This document shows positions 1-13,600 of a stretch of DNA of 64,000 nucleotides, piece by piece. Each line of letters opens with the position of its first letter. The stretch's first letter is position 1. The position numbers were made by a program, and so were the translations under genes. Location of the stretch: contig NEEC01000013.1 of the NCBI GenBank assembly GCA_002189035.1, positions 2,356,001-2,420,000 on the forward strand. Direction: 5' to 3'. The DNA is from Utricularia gibba (lineage: Eukaryota; Plantae; Magnoliophyta). The notes under the pieces are model-generated. The model searched no databases. It saw only the letters and a list, made by a program, of their open reading frames with translations, and was not told the DNA's origin.

Positions 1-560
1 TTTCAATGCTACACGTGTGTTCCGACCCAAGTTACATCCCCAAGCCTCATACTCGCCTCGTGAACCGTTTGGCATCTAGCCGATATCCTGCAAACCGTAA
101 TGAGTGACGCTGTGCACAGTATAACGTTTCGAAGCTAGTTTTGAGCTATTCATCCTTTGTGATGAAAGTTGCTCATCCTAGGATGCATAAGAGATCGAAC
201 TATTGCCTTGATTTAGCCTTCATTTGTACCAAAAACTGGCTAGGGCGCTCGCGACCGTGCAACTCGGGACACCCAACTCGACAAGAATGTGATATCTCGT
301 TTGCAAAACATAAAGGTTTCATTTAATGATGTGAAATTTCGGTTTTCGAGGTAATCCCTTATAAAGCTAGCCTCATGCTCGAAAAAACATATGCGTATCA
401 TTCGACGAAATGAAATTTATATTCACGAGGTAATCCCTCACAATGCCACGGTGCGCTTGATATACCGTTTTGAAGCTTGTTTCGAGTCGGGCGACTTTTG
501 TGATGAAAACTTCTTCGTCCGATGAAGCGTTAGAGCTCGAATTTTAGCCTCATATTAGCC
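1..560 (+). repeat. Degenerate and rearranged satellite monomers near the left end
   Basis: Strongly diverged versions of monomer motifs, with a partial internal duplication (gaggtaatccct at 348-359 and 427-438) and a jump from caatgcc to acggtgcgcttga near 447. The true left end may lie before the window. Confidence 0.8.
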
Positions 561-2300
561 CACAGTTGTGCCACAAAGTGGCCACCACGTTCGTGACAAT
601 GCGACTCGGGACACTGGAGTCAATGCGAATGTGATTTCTTGCTTGCAAAACATATGCATTTCATTGGACAATGTTAAATTTTGGATTTCGAGGCGATCCC
701 AAATAATGCCTCAGGTGTGGTAAGACCCACACCTCGTGTTGACCTCGTGCATTGTTCGGTATCTAGTCGATATCTTGCAAACCGTAATGAGTCACGTTGC
801 GCTCAATAAACCGTTTCGAAGCTCGTTCCGAGCCAGTCGACTTTTGTGTTGAAAGCTTCTTCGTCTGACAAATTGTTAGAGCTCGAATTTTAGCCTTATG
901 TTATCCCACACTTGTGCCCCAAAGTGGCCACCACGTTCGCGACAATGCGACTCGGGATACCGTAGTCGATGTGAATGTGATTTCTGGTTTCCAAAACATG
1001 TGCATTTCATTGGACGATGTTAAATTTCCAATTTCGAGGCGATCCCTTACAATGCCTCGAGTGTGGTCCAACCCACATCTCATGTTGGCCTCGCGCACCG
1101 TTCGGTATCTAAATGATATCTTGCAAACCGCAATGAGTCACGGTGCGCTTGGTATAGCGTTTCGAAGCTGGCACCGAGCCGGTCGACTTTTGTGTTTAAA
1201 GCTTCTTCTTTCGACGAACCGTTAGAGCTCGAATTTTAGCCTTATGTTATCCCACACTTGTGCCCCAAAGTGGTCACCACGTTCGCGACAATGCGACTCG
1301 GGCACTGGAATCGATGCGAATTTGATTTCTTGTTTGCAAAACATATGCATCTCAATGCACGATGTTAAATTTCGGATTTCGAGGCGATCGTTACAGTGCC
1401 TCGTGTGTGGTCCAACAACCACCTCATGCTGGCCTCGTGCACCGTTCGGTATCTAGACGATATCTTGCAAACCGTAATGAGTCACGGTGCACTTGGTATA
1501 GAGTTTCGAAGTTGGCTGCGAGCCGGTTGACTTTTGTGTTGAAAGCTTCTTCTTCCGACGAACCGTTAGAGCTCGAATTTTAGCGTTATGTTATCTCACA
1601 CTTGTGCCCCAAAGTGGTCACCACGTTCGCGACAATGCGACTCGGGAAACCGTAGACGACGCAAATGTGATTTTTGGCTTCCAAAGCATAAGCATTTCAT
1701 TTGACGATGTTAAATTTCAAATTTCGAGGCGATCCCTTACAATGCATTGGATGTGGTCCAACCCACATCTAATGCTGGCCTTGCGCACCGTTCGGTATCT
1801 ATATGATATCTTGCAAACGGGAATGAGTCACGGTGCACGTGGTATAGCATTTCGAAGCTGGCTGCGAGCCGGTTGACTTTTGTGTTGAAAGCTTCTTCTT
1901 TCGACGAACTGTTAGAGCTCAAATTTCAGCCTTATATTAGTCCATACTTGTGCAACAAAGTGGCCACCACGTTCGCTACAATGCGACCCGGGACACCGGA
2001 ATCGACGCGAATGTGATTTCTGACATGCAAAACATATGTATTTCATTGGATGATGTTAAATTTTGGATTTCGAGGTGATCCGTTATAGTGCCTCGGGTGT
2101 GGTGCAACCCACATCAAATGCTGGCCTCGCGCACAGTTCGGTATCTAGATGATATCTTGCAAATCGTAACGAGTCACGGTGCGCTTGGTATAGTGTTTCG
2201 AAGCTGGCTCTGAGCCGGTCGACTTTTGTGTCGAAAGCTTCTTCTTTCGACGAAATGTTAGAGCTCAAATTTCAGCCTTATGTTAATGCATAGTTGTGCT
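561..2300 (+). repeat. Left outer (old) monomer layer
   Basis: Diagnostic variants cggtgcgcttggtatag, gacttttgtgttgaaagcttc, gttagagctcgaattttagccttatgtt, cggtatctag and gatcccttacaatgc. Units differ from each other mainly by substitutions. Boundaries are approximate. Confidence 0.85.
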
Positions 2301-5300
2301 ACAAAGTGGCAACCACATTCGCGACAATGCGACCCGGGACACCGAAATCGACGCGAATGTGATTTCTGGCTCTCAAAAAATAAGCATTTCATTGGAAGTT
2401 GTTAAATTTTGGATTTCGAGGCGATCCGTTACAGTGCCTTTGGGCGTGGGCCAACCCACACCTCATGACGGTCTAGTGCACCATTTTGTATATCATGGAT
2501 ATCTTAAAAACCGTAGTGAGTCACGCTTTGCTTGATATAGGGTTTCGAAGCTCGCTCCGGGCCGGTCGACTTTTGTGTTCAAAGTTTCTTCGTCCGACAA
2601 ACCGTTAGAGCTCGAATTTCAGCCTGATGTTAGCCCACACTTGTTCTACAAAGTGGCCACCACATTCGCGACAGTGTGACTCGAGACACCAGAAGCGACG
2701 CGAACGTGATTTTTTGCTTGAAAAACATATGCATTTCATTGGACGTTGTTAAATTTCGGATTTCGAGGCGATCCGTTACAGTGCCTCGGGCATGGTCCAA
2801 CCCACACCTCATGATGGCCTCGTGCACCATTTGGTATATCATTGATATCTTGCAAACCGTAGTGATTCATGCTTTGCTTGATATAGGGTTGCGAAGCTCG
2901 CTCCGGGCCGGTCGACTTTTGTGTTCAAAGTTTCGCCGTCAGACGAACCGTTAGAGCTCGAATTTAAGCCTGATGTTAGCCCACACTTGTGCCACAAAGT
3001 GGCCACCACGTTCGCGACCATGCGACCCGGGACACCGGAATCGACGCGAATGTGATTTCTGGCTCTCAAAGCATAAGCATTTCATTGGACGTTGTCAAAT
3101 TTCGGATTTGGAGGCGATCCGTTACAGTGCCTCGGGGCGTGGTCCAACCCACACCTCATGACGGCCTCCTGCACCATTTTGTATATCATCGATATCTTGA
3201 AAACCGTAGTGAGTCACGCTTTGCTTGATATAGGGTTTCGAAGCTCGCTCCGGGCCGGTCAATGCGACCCGGGACACCGGAATCGACGCGAATGTGATTT
3301 CTTGCTTGCAAAACATATGCATTTCATTGGACATTAAATTTCGGATTTCGAGGCGATCCGTTACAGTGCCTCGGTTGTGGTCCAACGCACACCTCATGAT
3401 GCCCTCGTGCACCGTTTGGTATCTCGTCGATATCTTGAAAACCGGAGTGAGTCACGCTTCGCTTGATATAGCGTTTCGAAGCTCGCTCTGAGCCGGTTGA
3501 CTATTTGTTCAAAGTTTCTCCGTCCGACGAATCGTTACAGCTCGAATTTTTGCCTGATAATAGCCCACATTTGTGCCACAAAGTGGCCACCACATTCACG
3601 ACAATGCGCCCCGGGACTCCGGAATCGACGCGAATGTAATTTCATGCTAGCAAAACAAATGCATTTCATTGGACGATGTTAAATTTTGGATTTCGAGGCG
3701 ATCCGTTACATTTCCTTAGGTGTGCTCCAACCCATACCTCCTGATGGCCTCGTGCACCGTTTGGTATCTCATCGATATCTTGCAAACCGTAGTGAGTCAC
3801 CCTGTGCTTGATATAGCGTTTCGAAGCTCGCTCCGAGCAAGCCGACTTTTGTGTTCAAAGTTTCTCCGTTTGACGAGCCGTTACAACTCCAATTTTTGCT
3901 TGATAATGGCCCACACTTGTGCCACAAAGTTGCCACCACGTTCGCGACAATGCAACTGAGGACACCGCAATCGATGCGAATGTGATTTCTTACTCTCAAA
4001 ACATATGCATTTCATTGGACGTTGTTCAATTTCAGATTTCGAGGCGATCCGTTACAGTGCCTCGGGTGTGGTCCAACCCACAACTCATGATGGCCTCGTG
4101 CATCGTTTGGTATCTCGTCGATATCTTGTAAACCCTAGTGACTCACGCTTTGCCTCATATAGCGTTTCGAAGCTCGCTCTGAGCCGGTCGACTTTTGTGT
4201 TCAAAGTTTCTCCGTTTGACGAACCGTTACCGCTCCAATTTTTCCCTGATAATAGCCCACACCTTTGCCACAAAGTGGCCACCACGTTCGCGACAATGCG
4301 ACTGAGGACATTGCAATCGACGCGAATGTGATTTCTTGCTCTCAAAACATAAGCATTTCATTGGACGTTGTTAAGTTTCGGATTTCGAGGCGATCCGTTA
4401 CAGTGCCTCGGGTGTGGTCCAACCCACATCTCATGATGGCCTCGCTAGCCGTTTGGTATCTCGTCGATATCTTGCAAACCGTAGTGAGTCACGCTTTGCT
4501 TGATATAGCGTTTCGAAGCTCGCTCCGAGCCAGTCGACTTTTAAATTCAAAGTTTCTCCGTTTGACGAACCGTTACACCTCCAATTTTTGCCTGATAATA
4601 TGCCACACCTTTCCCACAAAGTGGCCACCACGTTCACGACAATGCGACTGAGGACACCGCAATCGACGCGAATGTGATTTCTTGCTCTGAAAACATATGC
4701 ATTTCATTGGACGGTGTTTAAGTTTCGGATTTCGAGGCGATCCATTACAGTGCCTCGAGTGTGGTCCAACCCACATCTCATGATGGCCTCGCTCACCGTT
4801 TGGTATCTCGTCGATATCTTGCGAACCGTAGTGAGTCACGCTTTGCTTGATATAGCGTTTCGAAGCTCGCTCCGAGCCAGTCGACTTTTAAGTTCAAAGT
4901 TTCTCCGTTTGACGAACCGTTACAGCTCCAATTTTTGTCTGATAATTGCCCACACTTGTGCCACAAAGTGGCCACCACGTTCGCAACAATGCGACTGAGG
5001 ACACCGCAATCGACGCAAATGTGATTTCTGGCTCTCAAAAAATATGCATTTCATTGGACAATGTTAAATTTCGGATTTCGATGCGATCCGTTAGAATGCC
5101 TTGGGTGTGGTCGAACCGAAACCTCATGCTCCCCTCGGGCACCGTTTGGTATCTCGTCGATATCTTGCAAACTATAGTGAGTCACGCTTTGCTTGATATA
5201 GCGTTTCGAAGCTCGCTCCGCGACAGTCGACTTTTGTGTTCAAAGTTTCTCCGTTTGACGAACTGTTACCGCTCCAATTTTTGCCTGATAATAGCCCACA

Positions 5301-5303
5301 CCT
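2301..5303 (+). repeat. Left intermediate monomer layer
   Basis: Variants gtgatttct(g)gctctcaaaa, cgacttttgtgttcaaagtttctccgtttgac and ctccaatttttgcctgat mix outer and core features. One unit has a ~105-bp deletion at 3260/3261. Confidence 0.75.
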
Positions 5304-7640
5304 TTGCCACAAAGTGGCCACCACGTTCGCGACAATGCGACTGAGGACACCGCAATCGACGCGAATGTCATTTCATCCGTGCAAAACAAATGCATTTCAT
5401 TGGACGATGTTAAATTTCGGATTTCGAGGCAATCCGTTACAGTGCCTCAGGTGCAGTCCAACCCACACCTCATGATGGCCTCGTGCACTGCTTGGTATCT
5501 CGTCGATATCTTGCAAACCGTAGTGAGTCACGCTTTGCTTGATATAGCGTTACGAAGCTCGCTCCGAGCCGGTCGAATTTCGTGTTCAAAGTTTCTCCAT
5601 CCGACGAACCGTTACAGCTCGTATTTTTGCCTGATAATAGCCCACACTCGTCCCACAAAGTGGCCACCACGTACGCGACAATCCGATTGAGGACACCGCA
5701 ATCGACGCGAATGTCATTTCATGCATGCAAAACAAATGCATTTCATTCGACGATGTTAAATTTCGGATTTCGAGGCGATCCGTTACAGTGCCTCAGGTGC
5801 GGTCCAACCCACACCTCATGATGGCCTCGTGCACTGCTTGGTATCTCGTCGATATCTTGCAAACCGTAGTGAGTCACGCTTTGCTTGATATAGCGTTACG
5901 AAGCTCGCTCCGAGCCGGTCGAATTTCGTGTTCAAAGTTTCTCCATCCGACGAACCGTTACAGCTCGTATTTTTGCCTGATAATAGCCACACTTGTGCCA
6001 CAAAGTGGCCACCACGTACGCGACAATGCGACTGAGGACACCGCAATCGACGCGAATGTCATTTCATGCATGAAAAACAAATGCATTTCATTGGACGATG
6101 TTAAATTTCGGATTTCGAGGCAATCCGTTACAGTGCCTTGGGTGTGGTGGTCCAACCCACAACTCATGATGTCCTCGTGCATTGTTTGGTATCTCATCGA
6201 TATCTTGCAAACCGTAGTGAGTCACGCTTTGCTTGATATAGCGTTACGAAGCTCGCTCCGAGCCGGTCGAATTTCGTGTTCAAAGTTTCTCCATCCGACG
6301 AACCGTTACAGCTCGTATTTTTGCCTGATAATAGCCCACACTCGTCCCACAAAGTGGCCACCACGTACGCGACAATCCGATTGAGGACACCGCAATCGAC
6401 GCGAATGTCATTTCATGCATGCAAAACAAATGCATTTCATTCGACGATGTTAAATTTCGGATTTCGAGGCGATCCGTTACAGTGCCTCAGGTGCGGTCCA
6501 ACCCACACCTCATGATGGCCTCGTGCACTGCTTGGTATCTCGTCGATATCTTGCAAACCGTAGTGAGTCACGCTTTGCTTGATATAGCGTTACGAAGCTC
6601 TCTCCGAGCCGGTCGAATTTCGTGTTCAAAGTTTCTCCATCCGACGAACCGTTACAGCTCGTATTTTTGCCTGATAATAGCCCCCACTTGTGCCACAAAG
6701 TGGCCACCACGTACGCGACAATGCGACTGAGGACACCGCAATCGACGCGAATGTCATTTCATGCATGCAAAACAAATGCATTTCATTGGACGATGTTAAA
6801 TTTCGGATTTCGAGGCAATCCGTTACAGTGCCTTGGGTGTGGTCCAACCCACAACTCATGATGTCCTCGTGCATTGTTTGGTATCTCATCGATATCTTGC
6901 AAACCGTAGTGAGTCACGCTTTGCTTGATATAGCGTTACGAAGCTCGCTCAGAGCCGGTCGAATTTCGTGTTCAAAGTTTCTCCATCCGACGAACCGTTA
7001 CAGCTCGTATTTTTGCCTGATAATAGCCCACACTTGTGCCACAAAGTGGCCACCACGTACGCGACAATGCGACTGAGGACACCGCAATCGACGCGAATGT
7101 CATTTCATGCATGCAAAACAAATGCATTTCATTAGACGATGTTAAATTTCGGATTTCGAGGCAATCCGTTACAGTGCCTTGGGTGTGGTCCAACCGCGAT
7201 GCCTCAATCTCATCGATGTAGTGAGTCACGCTTTGCTTGATGCATTGATCTCATCGATATCTTGCAAACCGTAGTGAGTCACGCTTTGCTTGATATAGCG
7301 TTACGAAGCTCGCTCCGAGCCGGTCGAATTTCGTGTTCAAAGTTTCTCCATCCGACGAACCGTTACAGCTCGTATTTTTGCCTGATAATAGCCCACACTT
7401 GTGCCACAAAGTGGCCACCACGTACGCGACAATGCGACTGAGGACACCGCAATCGACGCGAATGTCATTTCATGCATGCAAAACAAATGCATTTCATTGG
7501 ACGATGTTAAATTTCGGATTTCGAGGGATCCGTTACAGTGCCATGGGTGTGGTCCAACCCACACTCATGATGTCCTCGTGCATTGTTTGGTATCTCATCG
7601 ATATCTTGCAAACCGTAGTGAGTCACGCTTTGCTTGATAT
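5304..7640 (+). repeat. Left inner-flank layer with a local two-monomer (~694 bp) higher-order duplication
   Basis: The rare variant cactcgtcccacaaag...caatccgattgagg occurs at ~5647 and ~6341, 694 bp apart. It alternates with the gcaatccgttacagtgccttgggtgtgg...caactcatgatgtcctcgtgcattgtttggtatctcatc variant. Confidence 0.75.
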
Positions 7641-10600
7641 AGCGTTACGAAGCTCGCTCCGAGCCGGTCGAATTTCGTGTTCAAAGTTTCTCATCCGACG
7701 AACGTTACAGCTATTTTTTGTCCACACCCACAGTGGCCACCACGTGCGACGCGACTTCGCGAATGTCATTTCATGCATGCAAAACAAATGCATTTCATTC
7801 GACGATCGTCGAAATTTCGGATTTCGAGTAGTGAGTCACGCTTTGCTTGATATAGCGTTACGAAGCTCGCTCCGTGCCTCGGGTGAATTTCGTCACACCT
7901 CATGTTCGTGCACTGCATTGGAACCGTCGACAGTATATGCACTGCCTGATAATAGTGAGTCACGCTTTGCTTGATATAGCGTTACGAAGCGCTCCGAGCA
8001 CGGTGAATTTCCACCACGTTCACAATGCGACTGAGGACACCAATCGACGCGAATGTCATTTCATGCATGCAAAACAACGATGCATTTCGTTACAGACGAT
8101 TTTTGCCTGATATATAGCCCTTCGACGCGACTCCGTGCCACAAAGCTGGCCACCACGTACGCGACGTGCGACTGAGGACACCGCAATCGACGCGAATGTC
8201 ATTTCATGCATGAAAAACAAATGCATTTCATTCGACGATGTTAAATTTCGGATTTCGAGGCAATCCGTTACAGTGCCTCAGGTGCGGTCCAACCACACCT
8301 CATGATGGCCTCGTGCACTGCTTGGTATCTCGTCGATATCTTGCAAACCGTAGTGAGTCACGCTTTGCTTGATATAGCGTTACGAAGCTCGCTCCGAGCC
8401 GGTCGAATTTCGTGTTCAAAGTTTCTCCATCCGACGAACCGTTACAGCTCGTATTTTTGCCTGATAATAGCCCACACTTGTGCCACAAAGTGGCCACGTA
8501 CACGCGACTGAGGACACCGCAATCGACGCGAATGTCATTTCATGCATGCAAAACAAATGCATTTCATTCGACGATGTTAAATTTCGGATTTCGAGGCGAT
8601 CCGTTACAGTGCCTCAGGTGCGGTCCACGCCTCGAATGTCATTTTGCATGCATTTGCAAAACAAATCGAATTTCGTGTTCAAAGTTTCTCCATCCGACGA
8701 ACCGTTACAGCTCGTATTTTTGCCTGATAATAGCCCACACTTGTGCCACAAAGTGGCCACCACGTACGCGACAATGCGACTGATTTCGAGGCGATCCGTT
8801 ACAGTGCCTCAGGTGCGTCCAACCCACACCTCATGATGGCCTCGTGCACTGCTTGGTATCTCGTCGATATCTTGCAAACCGTAGTGAGTCACGCTTGCTT
8901 GATATAGCGTTACGAAGCTCGCTCCGAGCCGGTCGAATTTCGTGTTCAAAGTTTCTCCATCCGACGAACCGTTACAGCTCGTATTTTTGCCTGATAATAG
9001 CCCACACTTGTCCCACAAGTGGCCACCACGTACGCGACAATGCGACTGAGGACACCGCAATCGACGCGAATGTCATTTCATGCATGCAAAACAAATGCAT
9101 TTCATTCGACGATGAGGCAATTACAATGCGGTCCAACCCACACCTCATGATGGCCTCGTGCACTGCTTGGTATCTCGTCGATATCTTGCAAACCGTAGTG
9201 AGTCACGCTTTGCTTGATATAGCGTTACGAAGCTCGCTCCGAGCCGGTCGAATTTCGTGTTCAAAGTTTCTCCATCCGACGAACCGTTACAGCTCGTATT
9301 TTTGCCTGATAATAGCCACACTCGTCCCACAAAGTGGCCACCACGTACGCGACAATGCGATGAGGACACCGCAATCGACGCGAATGTCATTTCATGCATG
9401 CAAAACAAATGCATTTCATTCGACGATGTTAAATTTCGGATTTCGAGGCGATCCGTTACAGTGCCTCAGGTGCGGTCCAACCCACACCTCATGATGGCCT
9501 CGTGCACTGCTTGGTATCTCGTCGATATCTTGCAAACCGTAGTGAGTCACGCTTTGCTTGATATAGCGTTACGAAGCTCGCTCCGAGCCGGTCGAATTTC
9601 GTGTTCAAAGTTTCTCCATCCGACGAACCGTTACAGCTCGTATTTTTGCCTGATAATAGCCCCACTTTGCTCCATCGCGACGACTGAATTATTTCATGCA
9701 TGGTTTCACCGCCTCGATAATGCATTTCATATCTTGCAAACCGTAGTGAGTCACGCTTTGCTTGATATAGCGTTACGAAGCTCGCTCCGAGCCGGTCGAA
9801 TTTCGTGTTCAAAGTTTCTCCATCCGACGAACCGTTACAGCTCGTATTTTTGCCTGATAATAGCCCACACTTGTGCCACAAAGTGGCCACCACGTACGCG
9901 ACAATGCGACTGAGGACACCGCAATCGACGCGAATGTCATTTCATGCATGCAAAACAAATGCATTTCATTCGACGATGTTAAATTTCGGATTTCGAGGCG
10001 ATCCGTTACAGTGCCTGGGTGGTCCAACCCACACTCATGATGGCCTCGTGCACTGTTTGGTATCTCGTCGATATCTTGCAAACCGTAGTGAGTCACGCTT
10101 TGCTTGATATAGCGTTACGAAGCTCGCTCCGAGCCGGTCGAATTTCGTGTTCAAAGTTTCTCCATCCGACGAACCGTTACAGCTCGTATTTTTGCCTGAT
10201 AATAGCCCACACTTGTGCCACAAAGTGGCCACCACGTGCTGCGACTGAGGACACCGCAATCGACGTGTCATTTCATGCATGCAAAACAAATGCATTTCAT
10301 TCGACGATGTTAAATTTCGGATTTCGAGGCGATCCGTTACAGTGCCTCAGGTGCGGTCCAACCCACACCTCATGATGGCCTCGTGCACTGCTTGGTATCT
10401 CGTCGATATCTTGCAAACCGTAGTGAGTCACGCTTTGCTTGATATAGCGTTACGAAGCTCGCTCCGAGCCGGTCGAATTTCGTGTTCAAAGTTTCTCCAT
10501 CCGACGAACCGTTACAGCTCGTATTTTTGCCTGATAATAGCCCACACTTGTGCCACAAAGTGGCCACCACGTACGCGACAATGCGACTGAGGACACCGCA

Positions 10601-13600
10601 ATCGACGCGAATGTCATTTCATGCATGCAAAACAAATGCATTTCATTGCTTGTTATGCGTTATCGCTTCGAAGAGGCTCCGTTACAGTGCCTCACGGTGC
10701 GGTCCAATGTGCACACCATGACGATGGCCGATCCGTTACAGTGCCTCACGGTCCAACCCACACCTCATGATGGCCTCGTGCACTGTTGGTATCTCGTCGA
10801 TATCTTGTAGTGAGTCACGCTTTGCTTGATATAGCCGAAGCTAGTCGAGTGTTCACTCCATCCGACTTACAGCTGCCTGATAATAGCCCACACTACAAAG
10901 TGGCCACCACGTACGCGACAATGCGACTGAGGACACCGCAATCGACGCGAATGTCATTTCATGCATGCAAAACAAATGCATTTCATTCGACGATGTTAAA
11001 TTTCGGATTTCGAGGCGATCCGTTACAGTGCCTTGGGTCCAAAGATGGCCTCGTGCAATCATATCCGTACACGATATAGCGTTACGAAGCTCGCTCCGAG
11101 CCGGTCGAATTTCGTGTTCAAAGTTTCTCCATCCGACGAACCGTTACAGCTCGTATTTTTGCCTGATAATAGCCCACACTTGTCCCACAAAGTGGCCACC
11201 ACGTACGCGACAATGCGACTGAGGACACCGCAATCGACGCGAATGTCATTTCATGCATGCAAAACAAATGCATTTCATTCGACGATGTTAAATTTCGGAT
11301 TTCGAGGCGATCCGTTACAGTGCCTCAGGTGCGGTCCAACCACACCTCATGATGGCCTCGTGCACTGCTTGGTATCTCGTCGATATCTTGCAAACCGTAG
11401 TGAGTCACGCTTTGCTTGATATAGCGTTTCGCTCCGATCGAATTTCGTGTTCAAAGTTTCGCTCCGAGCCGAGCGTGTTCAAAGTAGTTCTTTGCCATCC
11501 GAAACCGTTTCGACGCCGTTACAGCTCGTATTTTTGCCTGATAATAGCCCACACTTGTGCCACAAAGTGGCCACCACGTACGCGACAATGCGACTGAGGA
11601 CACCGCAATCGACGCGAATGTCATTTCATGCATGCAAAACAAATGCATTTCATTCGACGATGTTAAATTTCGGATTTCGAGGCGATCCGTTACAGTGCCT
11701 CAGGTGCGGTCCAACCCACACCTCATGATGGCCTCGTGCACTGCTTGGTATCTCGTCGATATCTTGCAAACCGTAGTGAGTCACGCTTTGCTTGATATAG
11801 CGTTACGAAGCTCGCTCCGAGCCGGTCGAATTTCGTGTTCAAAGTTTCTCCATCCGACGAACCGTTACAGCTCGTATTTTTGCCTGATAATAGCCCACAC
11901 TTGTGCCACAAAGTGGCCACCACGTACGCGACAATGCGACTGAGGACACCGCAATCGACGCGAATGTCATTTCATGCATGCAAAACAAATGCATTTCATT
12001 CGACGATGTTAAATTTCGGATTTCGAGGCGATCCGTTACAGTGCCTCAGGTGTGGTCCAACCCACACCTCATGATGGCCTCGTGCACTGTTGGTATCTCG
12101 TCGATATCTTGCAAACCGTAGTGAGTCACGCTTTGCTTGATATAGCGTTTCGAAGCTCGCTCCGAGCCGGTCGAATTTCGTGTTCAAAGTTTCTCCATCC
12201 GACGAACCGTTACAGCTCGTATTTTTGCCTGATAATAGCCCACACTTGTGCCACAAAGTGGCCACCACGTACGCGACAATGCGACTGAGGACACCGCAAT
12301 CGACGCGAATGTCATTTCATGCATGCAAAACAAATGCATTTCATTCGACGATGTTAAATTTCGGATTTCGAGGCGATCCGTTACAGTGCCTCAGGTGCGG
12401 TCCAACCCACACCTCATGATGGCCTCGTGCACTGTTCTCGTCGATATCTTGCAAACCGTAGTGAGTCACGCTTTGCTTGATATAGCGTTTCGAAGCTCGC
12501 TCCGATCGAATTTCGTGTTCAAAGTTTCTCCATCCGACGAACCGTTACAGCTCGTATTTTTGCCTGATAATAGCCCACACTTGTGCCACAAAGTGGCCAC
12601 CACGTACGCGACAATGCGACTGAGGACACCGCAATCGACGCGAATGTCATTTCATGCATGCAAAACAAATGCATTTCATTCGACGATGTTAAATTTCGGA
12701 TTTCGAGGCGATCCGTTACAGTGCCTCAGGTGCGGTCCAACCCACACCTCATGATGGCCTCGTGCACTGCTTGGTATCTCGTCGATATCTTGCAAACCGT
12801 AGTGAGTCACGCTTTGCTTGATATAGCGTTACGAAGCTCGCTCCGAGCCGGTCGAATTTCGTGTTCAAAGTTTCTCCATCCGACGAACCGTTACAGCTCG
12901 TATTTTTGCCTGATAATAGCCCACACTTGTGCCACAAAGTGGCCACCACGTACGCGACAATGCGACTGAGGACACCGCAATCGACGCGAATGTCATTTCA
13001 TGCATGCAAAACAAATGCATTTCATTCGACGATGTTAAATTTCGGATTTCGAGGCGATCCGTTACAGTGCCTCAGGTGCGGTCCAACCCACACCTCATGA
13101 TGGCCTCGTGCACTGCTTGGTATCTCGTCGATATCTTGCAAACCGTAGTGAGTCAATGCGTTTCTCGAGCCGGTCGAATTTCGTGTTCAAAGTTTCTCCA
13201 TCCGACGAACCGTTACAGCTCGTATTTTTGCCTGATAATAGGACAAAGTGGCCACCACGTACGCGACAATGCGACTGAGGACACCGCAATCGACGCGAAT
13301 GTCATTTCATGCATGCAAAACAAATGCATTTCATTCGACGATGTTAAATTTCGGATTTCGAGGCGATCCGTTACAGTGCCTCAGGTGCGGTCCAACCCAC
13401 ACCTCATGATGGCCTCGTGCACTGCTTGGTATCTCGTCGATATCTTGCAAACCGTAGTGAGTCACGCTTTGCTTGATATAGCGTTACGAAGCTCGCTCCG
13501 AGCCGGTCGAATTTCGTGTTCAAAGTTTCTCCATCCGACGAACCGTTACAGCTCGTATTTTTGCCTGATAATAGCCCACACTTGTGCCACAAAGTGGCCA

